The notes beneath the pieces are model-generated. The model was given only the letters and a program-made list of their open reading frames with translations. It ran no database searches and was not told the DNA's origin. A stretch of 64,000 nucleotides of DNA from Candidatus Multivoradales bacterium (GTDB lineage Bacteria; Acidobacteriota; Thermoanaerobaculia; Multivoradales; Multivoraceae), in the NCBI GenBank assembly GCA_965223325.1, contig CBDCWI010000002.1, positions 3,552,001-3,616,000 of the forward strand, given 5' to 3'. The position numbers and the translations under genes are program-made. Shown piece after piece: positions 55,539 to 64,000 of this stretch (its first letter is position 1; each line of letters opens with the position of its first letter).

Positions 55539-58327
55539 CGCTCGACCTCGATGCGCTCGCTGAGCGCGGCGGCGAAGGCGTGTGCGACGAGCAACAGGAC
55601 TCGCCGTTCTTCGAACCAGATCTTGACCGGGATCCCGGCCAGCGCACCCTGGGCGAAGGCCGGCCGTCCTTGAGGCGGCCGCCATTCCGCACAGCGCGCG
55701 ATCACCTCCTCGGCGTGCGCTGGGTCGAGCCACAGGCCATCGATTCCGGTCTCGCGAATCATGAGATGGTGCGGGTCGGCGGAACTCAGGTCTTCGACTG
55801 CCACGGCGAGGTCCACCTGCCAGGAGTCGGCCGGGCTCTGTGGCTCGAGAAAGAGCAGCTCATCGCGGGCACAGCGGAGTACCAGCGGACCCTGGGCGCG
55901 ATCTCTGGAGGTTTCTCGAGCCGCCAACAGCGCCGCCAGGCGCTCGAGTGCCTCCGGCTTTGCGACCACTCGCCAACCGAGGAGTGGCTCGAATGGTGTT
56001 GGCGCCGTTCGCTCCACATCGTTCAGAACAGGGGGTCGCGCGCCGGCCTGCCGGGCCGCGCTGGCCGTCTGGTCGAGGTCGATGGGTGCGCGGGCGCGGC
56101 GCCCCTTGGGGTCGTAGAACGGCGGGTCGACCCGCCGCGCATCGCGCCCGTCGATGACTACTGAGTCTGGAAGACGACCATCTCTGAGCTCGAGCCAACC
56201 GAGCATCACCGCGTGTCCGAGGACGAGAGAGTCGGTGCTCGAAGTGACGTGCCCCAGATGCTCGCCGTCGGTTGACCGGATGACGGCTCCCTCGATTGGT
56301 GCGGGTGACTCCATCTCGAAGCCGGTCAGTTGCCGGTCGAGCGGAATCTCATTGGTGCGCAGGATGGCCTGCCGGCCGACGAAGTCTTCCTTCGCCAGCG
56401 AGACCGCCCACTCGTGGGCGAGGCGCCGCGGTGTCGAGTCGAAGTCGGTATCGCGGCCAACGATCAGGTGACCCTTCTCGAGCCGCAGGCGGAGGAGTGC
56501 ATCGAACCCATGCGCCCGCACTCCGAGATCCGCGCCGAGCGCCAGCAGCTGCCGCCAGAGCGCCACCGAGTCGCTGACTGCGTGATGGAGCTCGAACGAG
56601 ACTTCGCCCGAGAAGCTCAACCGATAGACGCGGCACGCGATCCCACAGACCTCGAGATCGAGCTGACCGAGAAAGCGCGGCAGTTCGGCCACGCCGGCGC
56701 GTGCGAGAAGCTCAGCCGTTCGAGGACCGGTGACGTTGATCGCTCCCAGCGACTGGGTCTGGTTGAGGATGTGGACATCGAACGGGCCGGACTCTGCCCA
56801 ATCGCGCAACCAGGCTTCGCCGTGGTTCGAGCCGCCGGTAGTGAGCGACAGCATGAAGCGGTTGTTCCCGTCTCTAGAGATCATGCCGTCGTCGATTACG
56901 TACCCGCGCTCGTCGAGAAGCAGGACATAGCGCGAGCGGCCGACTTCGAGTGTACTGATCTTCGTTGGGTAGACCTTCTCCAGAAAGGCCTCGGCGTCCG
57001 GCCCTGCGACCTGTAGCTTGCCGAGCGTGCTCACGTCGCCAACCGATACGGCTTCGCGAACGGCCCGCATTTCAGCGGCGGTGTCACCGTAGTCGTAGGG
57101 CCGCCACCAGCCACCAGTGCGCTCCATGCGGGCGCCCAGGCGCAGGTGTTCTTCGTGGAGCGGCGTGCGCTGGGTGGGTGCCAACCAGGAGCCGGCGGCG
57201 ATCTCACCGAGGGTCAGCTGCCGGGTGACCGGTCGGGCGGTGAACGGCGGCTGGAGCTCCTGCCCGCGTTCTTCGAGGTAGGAGCGGATGTACGGAAGGC
57301 AGGCGGCACCTTGGCAGGTTCCGGTTCCGGCGAGGGTGGCGCGTTTGACCAGCTCGAGCTCGCGGAAACCACGCTCCCAGACACTTCCGAGATCGGCGAC
57401 CGAGACGCCAATGCACGTGCAGACGATTCCCTGTCGTGGGCACGGAGGGATCTCCGACTGGATCGCCGCGTCGCCCACCGCTCGGATGGCGAGACCGTTG
57501 CCCATCCGAAACAGGGCGTCGCGCGGGTGGAGGCCGAGTCCCACAACCAGGGTGTCGCAGGCGACCATGGTTGTCGTGCCGTCGGGAGCTTCAATCGAGG
57601 CTGCACCGAGACCGTTCGCTCCCCAGGGTGAAGCCGTCGAGGTCGCCGCCTCCGGGGTGCGCGGTAACACCTCGACCAGACGCCCCGCGTACGTCTCGGC
57701 CTCGACTCCTCGAGGCGGCTTGCCCAGAGCAACGACGCGCCCGAGCTCAACTCCTGCGGCGGCAAGCTGTTCGGCCGCACGAGTGGTCAGGAGCCCGGCG
57801 TGCTCGGTGCCGGGCGCCACCGGCTGAATCTCAGCCGCGCCAGTGGCCACGATCACACTCTGGTCGACATGAACGACGAGAACCTCGTCATCGGTCCGGG
57901 CCACAACCTTGGGGCCGGCGTAGATGCCAACGATCTCCTGCCCGTTGTTGGCGTCGAGACCGATGACGCGGTGGCCGGCGGCCTCCTCGGCCTCGAGCGC
58001 CGCTCGGCCGGCTTCCCCGAGCCCCAGGACCGCCACCTCGCAGTGCAGGTGGCGAGCAGGAGTACGTGCCGCCGGCTCGCTCTGGTCGCGGATCAGGGGA
58101 GGGTGCGCGCCGGCTGAGTGATCGGTCGTGACGACCTGCCCCTTCTTCGCCGGGGTCTGGCAGGAGCGGATGTACCCCACGCCATCGACGCTCACCAGAC
58201 AGTGCCCGCAGTCGCCGGCAAGACAAAGGCAGCCGCCCCCGGTGGGGTGCAGGCCGGCCCGCAGCAGTGCCAGTAGGACCGAGTCGCCGGGTCGGAAAGG
58301 GACTGGAGTGCCGTCGACGCTGAGCAT
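55535..58327 (-). CDS. Sarcosine oxidase-like alpha subunit (2Fe-2S, short reductase, BFD-like and GcvT domains) with fused gamma-like C-terminus
   Basis: CLCLAGDCGHC, CTC..GTGTCQGAAC, PFTARP, DVSTLGK, IDDG, SFSGEVSFE, LRLEKG, PFYDP; extra ~170 aa SoxG-like tail. Confidence 0.78.
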   Translation of the reverse strand: MLSVDGTPVPFRPGDSVLLALLRAGLHPTGGGCLCLAGDCGHCLVSVDGVGYIRSCQTPAKKGQVVTTDHSAGAHPPLIRDQSEPAARTPARHLHCEVAVLGLGEAGRAALEAEEAAGHRVIGLDANNGQEIVGIYAGPKVVARTDDEVLVVHVDQSVIVATGAAEIQPVAPGTEHAGLLTTRAAEQLAAAGVELGRVVALGKPPRGVEAETYAGRLVEVLPRTPEAATSTASPWGANGLGAASIEAPDGTTTMVACDTLVVGLGLHPRDALFRMGNGLAIRAVGDAAIQSEIPPCPRQGIVCTCIGVSVADLGSVWERGFRELELVKRATLAGTGTCQGAACLPYIRSYLEERGQELQPPFTARPVTRQLTLGEIAAGSWLAPTQRTPLHEEHLRLGARMERTGGWWRPYDYGDTAAEMRAVREAVSVGDVSTLGKLQVAGPDAEAFLEKVYPTKISTLEVGRSRYVLLLDERGYVIDDGMISRDGNNRFMLSLTTGGSNHGEAWLRDWAESGPFDVHILNQTQSLGAINVTGPRTAELLARAGVAELPRFLGQLDLEVCGIACRVYRLSFSGEVSFELHHAVSDSVALWRQLLALGADLGVRAHGFDALLRLRLEKGHLIVGRDTDFDSTPRRLAHEWAVSLAKEDFVGRQAILRTNEIPLDRQLTGFEMESPAPIEGAVIRSTDGEHLGHVTSSTDSLVLGHAVMLGWLELRDGRLPDSVVIDGRDARRVDPPFYDPKGRRARAPIDLDQTASAARQAGARPPVLNDVERTAPTPFEPLLGWRVVAKPEALERLAALLAARETSRDRAQGPLVLRCARDELLFLEPQSPADSWQVDLAVAVEDLSSADPHHLMIRETGIDGLWLDPAHAEEVIARCAEWRPPQGRPAFAQGALAGIPVKIWFEERRVLLLVAHAFAAALSERIEVER

Positions 58328-58356
58328 TTGGCCCGCAAGTTACCGCGTCGAACGAA

Positions 58357-58378
58357 TATTTGCTATTTGCTATATAAT
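58357..58378 (+). promoter_or_regulatory. AT-rich divergent promoter region with TATTTGC x2 direct repeat and TATAAT
   Basis: TATTTGCTATTTGCTATATAAT between the sox operon and the phosphatase gene; TATAAT at 58373-58378. Confidence 0.5.
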
Positions 58379-58442
58379 CATCTTTTGGTTCAGTGACCTC
58401 TCGAGGGAGGTCGTTTGATGCTCTTCTTTTTCAGGGAGTCTG

Positions 58443-60383
58443 ATGATGTCAACCCCCCGCACACAGTTCCCACGGACCAATCGATCTCCTCGAGTCGCCC
58501 AACCGGCAGCGCTCGCTCTTCTGGTCGCCTTCCTGGTGCTCCCTGCCGCGGGGCCAGCCTTTGCGGCTGGGGAGGTGCTCATCGCCCGTGGTGCCGCCTG
58601 GTCCTACCTCGACGACGGGTCCGACCAGGGCAGTGCCTGGAGGGCGCCGGCCTTCGACGACTCCTCCTGGGCCGTCGGACACGCGGAGCTCGGCTACGGC
58701 GACGACGACGAGTACACCGTCATCAGCTATGGCGATGACCCGAACGCCAAACACATCACCGCCTACTTTCGCCACCAGTTCGAGATCCCAGACCCGTCGG
58801 CCTGGACGGGCCTCGAGCTTCTCCTGCTGCGCGACGATGGTGCGGTCGTCTACCTGAACGGCACCGAAGTCCGGCGCGACAACCTACCGGCGGGCGAGAT
58901 CGCCTACGACACGGAGGCATCGGGTGCGGACGGTGAGTCCGACTTCCACTCGTCGAACATTCCGGCGGCTCTTCTGGTGGCCGGCAGCAACGTGATCGCA
59001 GTTGAAGTCCACCAGTCGAATGATTCAAGTTCAGACACCAGCTTCGATCTCGAGCTCATCGGGACAGGGCCAGGAGCGCCCGAGAGTCTTCTGCGCGGCC
59101 CCTACCTGCAGCTGGTCTCGCCGACGGAGGTCACGGTGCGCTGGCGGACCTCGAACACCGAGCTCGGGCGAGTTCGTTATGGCTCGAGCCCTACGACGCA
59201 CGACAGCTGGCTCGACGAAGTTTCCGCTGGGGCTGACCACGAGGTGCGTTTGACGGGGCTCACCCCTGCCACTCGCTATTACTACTCGGTGGGCACGCCA
59301 GACGATCCGCTGGTTGGTGATCACCGCCACTGGTTCGAAACCGCGCCGAGCGTCGGCGACAGCGGTCCGCGGCGTTTCTGGGTCCTCGGCGACTCGGGAA
59401 CCGGCGATTCAGATGCGTTGCGCGTCAAGAGTGCCTATCTGAATCTCACGGCTGCGCGGCCGGCCGACCTGCTCTTGCTGCTCGGCGACAACGCCTACCC
59501 TGATGGCACCGACGAGGAGTATCAGGAGGCCTTCTTCGAGATCTACCCAGAGGTCCTGCGGACGACCCCGGCATTCTCGACCATCGGGAATCACGAACTT
59601 CTGAGCTCCGACTCAGAAAGCGAAAGCGGTCCCTACTACGAGATTTTCACTTTGCCGCGCCAGGCCGAAGCGGGCGGCGTTGCCTCGGGCACCGAGGCCT
59701 ACTACTCCTTCGACTACGGCAACGTGCACTTCGTTTGTCTCGATACTCAAGGCAGCGACAACGACTACGACGGCCCGATGCTGACCTGGTTGCACGACGA
59801 CCTGGCCGCGGCGGACGCCGACTGGGTGATCGCCTTCTTTCACCATCCGCCCTACAGCAAGGGTAGTCACGATTCCGACGACAGCAGCGGGCTGATCGAT
59901 GCGCGTGAGCTCATCCTGCCGATTCTCGAAGACTACGGAGTCGATCTGGTGATGGCGGGGCATAGCCATTCCTACGAGCGCAGCATGTTGATCGATGGCC
60001 ACTACGGCGCCTCCTCGAGCCTGTCGTCGAAGATGATCCTCGACAATGGTGACGGCGACCCCACCGGGGACGGCGCCTACGCCAAAGACTCGGCTGGTCT
60101 GGCGGCCCACGAGGGCGCGGTTTTCGTGGTCGCTGGAAGTTCGGGCAAGACCAGCAGTTCTGGAGATCTCGACCACCCGGTGATGGTGAGGGGGCTCGAA
60201 GAGCTGGGTTCGGTTCTGATCGACGTCGAGGGGCGCACGCTCGATGCGCAGTTCATCTCGGACACCGGTGCCGTCCTGGATTCGTTTCGCATCGAGAAGG
60301 CTGGCGGAAGCGTCTTGTTTCGCGACGACTTCGAAAGTAGCTCTACGATCTCCTGGACCCACTTCGTTCCGATTGTGCACTGA
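58443..60383 (+). CDS. Secreted purple-acid-phosphatase-like metallophosphoesterase with N-terminal beta-sandwich, FN3-like domain and C-terminal FxDDFES motif
   Basis: Signal peptide; WSYLDDG..ELGYGD..DDGAVVYLNG..AVEVHQ; LRGPYLQ; GDSG, LGDNAY, GNHE, HHPPY, GHSHSYER; ends LFRDDFESSSTISWTHFVPIVH. Confidence 0.88.
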   Translation: MMSTPRTQFPRTNRSPRVAQPAALALLVAFLVLPAAGPAFAAGEVLIARGAAWSYLDDGSDQGSAWRAPAFDDSSWAVGHAELGYGDDDEYTVISYGDDPNAKHITAYFRHQFEIPDPSAWTGLELLLLRDDGAVVYLNGTEVRRDNLPAGEIAYDTEASGADGESDFHSSNIPAALLVAGSNVIAVEVHQSNDSSSDTSFDLELIGTGPGAPESLLRGPYLQLVSPTEVTVRWRTSNTELGRVRYGSSPTTHDSWLDEVSAGADHEVRLTGLTPATRYYYSVGTPDDPLVGDHRHWFETAPSVGDSGPRRFWVLGDSGTGDSDALRVKSAYLNLTAARPADLLLLLGDNAYPDGTDEEYQEAFFEIYPEVLRTTPAFSTIGNHELLSSDSESESGPYYEIFTLPRQAEAGGVASGTEAYYSFDYGNVHFVCLDTQGSDNDYDGPMLTWLHDDLAAADADWVIAFFHHPPYSKGSHDSDDSSGLIDARELILPILEDYGVDLVMAGHSHSYERSMLIDGHYGASSSLSSKMILDNGDGDPTGDGAYAKDSAGLAAHEGAVFVVAGSSGKTSSSGDLDHPVMVRGLEELGSVLIDVEGRTLDAQFISDTGAVLDSFRIEKAGGSVLFRDDFESSSTISWTHFVPIVH

Positions 60384-60392
60384 GCGACCGCC

Positions 60393-61226
60393 ATGTTCGA
60401 ACGAAGATCAGGCGGCCTGACCCTTGTGGCGATCGCGTTGTCGTGCTTCGCAGGGAGCGCGTCTCTAGCGGCCGACTCGGTTTCTCTAGAAGCCCTCGTT
60501 GCCCTCGAGGAGACTCTGGCGGAGTCGCCGGATGATCCCGAGGTGCTCCTTGTGCGCGCGCGTCTCCTACGCCGTCACGGGCAACTCGAAAGCGCACGGC
60601 GCGATCTCGAGCACGCCTCCCGTCATCCACTGGTTCCGCTCGACGTCGATCTCGAGTGGGCCCAACTGCTACGGGCCGCCGGGCAACCGGAAGCGGCAAG
60701 GGCCCGGCTCGAAGCGTTCCTCGCTCAGCGCCCGCAGCACCTTCCTGCCCGTCGCCTGCTGGCTGAGGTGCTCATAGACAACGGTCGACCCGGGCCTGCC
60801 GCAAGGGAATACTCCTTCATCATCGCCCACTCCGAAGCACCGTCGGTTGAGACCTATCTGGAGCGAGCTCGATGTCAGGAGGTCTCCGGTGACCTCGGCG
60901 CAGTCATCGCCGGACTCGAGGAAGGCCTGGTTAACCTTGGCCCCATGACGGTGCTTCTCGAACGGCTCTATCGCCTCGAGCGCCGCCTGGGCGACGAAGA
61001 GAGGGCGCTCTCGTTGCTCAGCCGTCTGGCCAAGGAGACTCCGCGTTCCTACGAATGGCAGATCGAGCGCGGCCGCTACCTCGAGGAGTTGGGCCAGCCG
61101 GAGGCGGCGACTTTGGCCTGGCGGGAGGCCAAGGCTCTTCTTCGGATGAGTCCACGGTTCGAATCGCCTCGCCTCAGGCGGCTCGATCGCGAGCTGGCCG
61201 AGCTCCTTTCACGCCAGCCGCGCTAG
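60393..61226 (+). CDS. Exported TPR-repeat protein
   Basis: Signal peptide; repeated helical A/L-rich TPR-like units; 9 bp after the phosphatase gene. Confidence 0.8.
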   Translation: MFERRSGGLTLVAIALSCFAGSASLAADSVSLEALVALEETLAESPDDPEVLLVRARLLRRHGQLESARRDLEHASRHPLVPLDVDLEWAQLLRAAGQPEAARARLEAFLAQRPQHLPARRLLAEVLIDNGRPGPAAREYSFIIAHSEAPSVETYLERARCQEVSGDLGAVIAGLEEGLVNLGPMTVLLERLYRLERRLGDEERALSLLSRLAKETPRSYEWQIERGRYLEELGQPEAATLAWREAKALLRMSPRFESPRLRRLDRELAELLSRQPR

Positions 61227-62537
61227 TCAGGCGGTGCCGATGCTCTCGTTGGCGACCCGTTGGCCTTCGCGGACGTCGACCCGCATGAGGAGGAGACCAC
61301 CGACCAGGAAGAAGATGATGATCGAAAACACTGCGTAGCGGCTGCTGCCGGTGGCCGCGGTCACCGCGCCAAAGAGCAACGGCCCGAGGACCGCGGCGAA
61401 GCGTTCGGCCACGCCGAAAAACCCGAAGAACTCCGACGACTTGTGGGCCGGCACCATGCTGGCGAACAGGGAACGGCTCAGTGCCTGGACGCCGCCTTGC
61501 ACCATTGCCACCATGATGGCCATGACGTAGAACTGCTCTACGGTTTCGATGAAGTAGCCGAAGCAACTGATCCCCAGATAAACCGCCAGGCCGACCAGGA
61601 TCGCCCGCTTGGTGCCGATCACCCCGGCCAACCCGCCGAACAGGAATGCGAACGGTACGCCGACGAACTGCACCAGCAGAATCGCGGTGATCAGAGCGCT
61701 CTGCGGGAAACCGAGCTCGGTGCCAAAGATGGTGGCCAAGCGGTAGATCGTCGACACGCCGTCGTTGTAGACCAGAACGGCAATCAAGAGAAAGAAGGCA
61801 TGCCGGTAGCGGCGTAGCTCGCGGAACGTTTCGGCGAGTCTTCCGAAGGCGACGGCGAGGCCGAAGTCGTCGGACGACTCGTCACTCTCGAGCTGGCGTG
61901 CCGGTTCGCGCACGCGAAACAGGACAGGCAGCGAAAACAGGAGCCACCAGATCGCGGTGAGCACGAAGCCCAGGCGAGTTGCAAAGGCAACATCGGTGAG
62001 GCCGAACCAGTCGGGCTTCTGGATCATTGCCAGGACGACTGCCAGCAACAGCCCGCCGCCGAGATAGCCGAGCGCGTAGCCGGCCGTCGATGCGCGGTCG
62101 ACTTCTTCGTCAGAGGCGATGTGCGGAAGCAGCGAATCGTTGAAGACGATGCTCAACAGGACGGCGAGGTTGCCAATCGCAAAGAGCAACAGGCCGAGCT
62201 TCCAGTCGCCCTCGCCGACGAGGAAGGTTCCAGCGGTAGCCGCCACACCAACCGCTATCCATAGCCCGAGCAGCTTCTTTCGAATTGCCTTGAAGTCAGC
62301 CAGGGCACCGAGCAGGGGCGAGAGAAGCGCCACCAGAATCAAGGCCGCGGAGGTCGTGTAGGAGTAGTAGGCGGTCGCGGTGGACGCCTCGAGGCCCTGG
62401 GCGGCGACGGTCGTGTAGTAGATCGGAAAGACCGCTGTGACCATCACCGTGATGAAGCCGGAATTCGCCCAGTCGTACATCGCCCAGGCGCGAAGCGGGC
62501 GGGTGTGCAGCCCGAGGCGGACGAGAAGGCTCTTCAT
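61227..62537 (-). CDS. MFS transporter (UMF1/BtlA/Atg22-like)
   Basis: AWAMYDWANS, GYALGYLGG, YNDGV, QALSRSLF, EFFGFF. Confidence 0.9.
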   Translation of the reverse strand: MKSLLVRLGLHTRPLRAWAMYDWANSGFITVMVTAVFPIYYTTVAAQGLEASTATAYYSYTTSAALILVALLSPLLGALADFKAIRKKLLGLWIAVGVAATAGTFLVGEGDWKLGLLLFAIGNLAVLLSIVFNDSLLPHIASDEEVDRASTAGYALGYLGGGLLLAVVLAMIQKPDWFGLTDVAFATRLGFVLTAIWWLLFSLPVLFRVREPARQLESDESSDDFGLAVAFGRLAETFRELRRYRHAFFLLIAVLVYNDGVSTIYRLATIFGTELGFPQSALITAILLVQFVGVPFAFLFGGLAGVIGTKRAILVGLAVYLGISCFGYFIETVEQFYVMAIMVAMVQGGVQALSRSLFASMVPAHKSSEFFGFFGVAERFAAVLGPLLFGAVTAATGSSRYAVFSIIIFFLVGGLLLMRVDVREGQRVANESIGTA

Positions 62538-62742
62538 GGGCTGGCTCCTTGTGGCAGCCGACTGCCTGGATGGTGTTTTGCTCGGAAGGCGGTTCTAGGC
62601 TCCCGAGAGCGACTCCTATCGACCCTGCTCATGATCGCAGTTTAAGCGCAGCCCACAGTTGCCGCCGATCGAGCGTAGACTCAGGCGGACAAAGGCGCCG
62701 AAGCCGGCGCCGGCCTACCCCCTTACTTCACGCCACGACCTC

Positions 62743-63999
62743 ATGATGGCCAGCAACCCCGAACAACCCCGCGCAGCCTTTCTCGGCGCCGGCGGCCGGT
62801 TTCTGCTTCTCCTGGCCTGCCTGGTGGTCGTCGTGGCGGGGCTGCGGGCTGCGGAGTCGATCTTGGTGCCCTTCATGGTTGCGCTCTTCATAGCCATCCT
62901 GTCGCTGCCGATCGTCTTCTTTCTCAAGTCGCGTGGAGTGGCCAACTGGTTGGCGGTGGTCGTTGCGATCCTGGTCGATGTAGCCGTTCTGGCGGGGGCC
63001 TCGGTCCTGGTCGGAAACTCGGTCAACCAGTTGACCGACGCGCTTCCCGAGTACCGCGTGCGCTTTGCGGACCTCGTCGATACCTGGCTACCAGAGACGG
63101 CGACGGATGCTGACCTCGCAGCTGGCTATCGAACCGGTGCCGACGGCACGGTTCAGGATTCGATACCGATTCCCGATGGCCCGGCACCGACAACCGCCGA
63201 GTCGCTCTTCGCCTGGTTGGCCAGCCATGGCATCAGCCTGCCCGACCCGCGCGCGTGGACCGCCGAACAGCTGCGCTCCGATGCGGTCTTCGACCTCGCC
63301 CAGAGCTCGCTACGTGGCCTGGCCGCTGTCTTGTCGAATGTCTTTCTCGTGGTGTTGATCGCGATCTTCATTCTGGCGGAGGCGTCAACCCTGCCTGAGA
63401 AGTTCCGCCTCGCCTTCGGGCGCCGTGAGGCGATGACGCGCTACAACAAGATGACGCGCGAGATCCAGCGCTACCTGGTCCTCAAGACACTGATCAGCGC
63501 GATTACCGGTGTTCTGGTCGGAGCGTGGTGTGCGATTCTGGGTGTCGATTTTGCGATGTTCTGGGGGCTCCTCGCGTTCCTGTTCAATTACGTTCCCAAC
63601 ATCGGCTCGATCCTCGCCGCCGTGCCGGCCTGCTCGATCGCGTTGATCCAGTACGGGCCTGGTCGCGCCCTGGCGCTCGGCGCGGGCTACCTGGCGGTCA
63701 ACATTGTGCTCGGCAACTTCATCGAGCCGGCGGTCATGGGGCGGCGGCTGGGGATGTCGACCCTGGTCGTCGTCCTGTCATTGGTTTTCTGGGGCTGGCT
63801 CTGGGGGCCGGCAGGCATGTTCCTGTCGGTGCCACTGACGATGATCGTGAAGATCATGCTCGAGAACTCCGAAGACATGAAGTCGGTCGCGGTGCTTCTT
63901 GGCCCGGCGCCAGATACACGGCTACCCATCCGTCCGGCGCTTCGCCGCTCGGCGGGCGCGACAGCGGTCACCGAGCCCGCGGCCTCCGAAGAGACGTAG
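62743..63999 (+). CDS. AI-2E family transporter
   Basis: YLVLKTLIS, FNYVPNIGS, GNFIEP, SLVFWGWLWGPAGMFLSVPLT. Confidence 0.92.
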   Translation: MMASNPEQPRAAFLGAGGRFLLLLACLVVVVAGLRAAESILVPFMVALFIAILSLPIVFFLKSRGVANWLAVVVAILVDVAVLAGASVLVGNSVNQLTDALPEYRVRFADLVDTWLPETATDADLAAGYRTGADGTVQDSIPIPDGPAPTTAESLFAWLASHGISLPDPRAWTAEQLRSDAVFDLAQSSLRGLAAVLSNVFLVVLIAIFILAEASTLPEKFRLAFGRREAMTRYNKMTREIQRYLVLKTLISAITGVLVGAWCAILGVDFAMFWGLLAFLFNYVPNIGSILAAVPACSIALIQYGPGRALALGAGYLAVNIVLGNFIEPAVMGRRLGMSTLVVVLSLVFWGWLWGPAGMFLSVPLTMIVKIMLENSEDMKSVAVLLGPAPDTRLPIRPALRRSAGATAVTEPAASEET

Positions 64000-64000
64000 T

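Overview
GC-rich bacterial chromosome segment. Gene content and protein styles suggest a diderm, most plausibly Acidobacteriota (Thermoanaerobaculia-like); this is inferred, not tested. The housekeeping backbone includes mreB(3' end)-mreC-mreD-mrdA-rodA-rng; fadD, divIVA, yggS, a Zn-ribbon gene and tRNA-Ile2; rpsU-mutS2-dnaG-rpoD-tRNA-Asn; and pckA-acs. Accessory content includes an LPS-kinase/glycoside-hydrolase fusion next to wzm/wzt, a haem c/copper-monooxygenase fusion, an internally deleted IPTL-CTERM surface-protein gene, and a TonB-dependent receptor. It also includes an ~11.3 kb block (membrane Ser/Thr kinase, FHA-sigma54-type activator, two large secreted proteins), an asnB/GT4 pair, a rearranged sarcosine-oxidase-like operon and a secreted metallophosphoesterase/TPR pair. 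Two signals are not explained by standard annotation. First, three unrelated secreted proteins end in the same short motif [LM]F-x-D-[GD]-F-E-S-x2-T-x2-W, a candidate C-terminal sorting/secretion signal. Second, a ~165-bp CTAG-bounded hairpin element (MITE-like) occurs in two full copies and one partial copy. All protein calls come from motif recognition by eye; no database searches were run.
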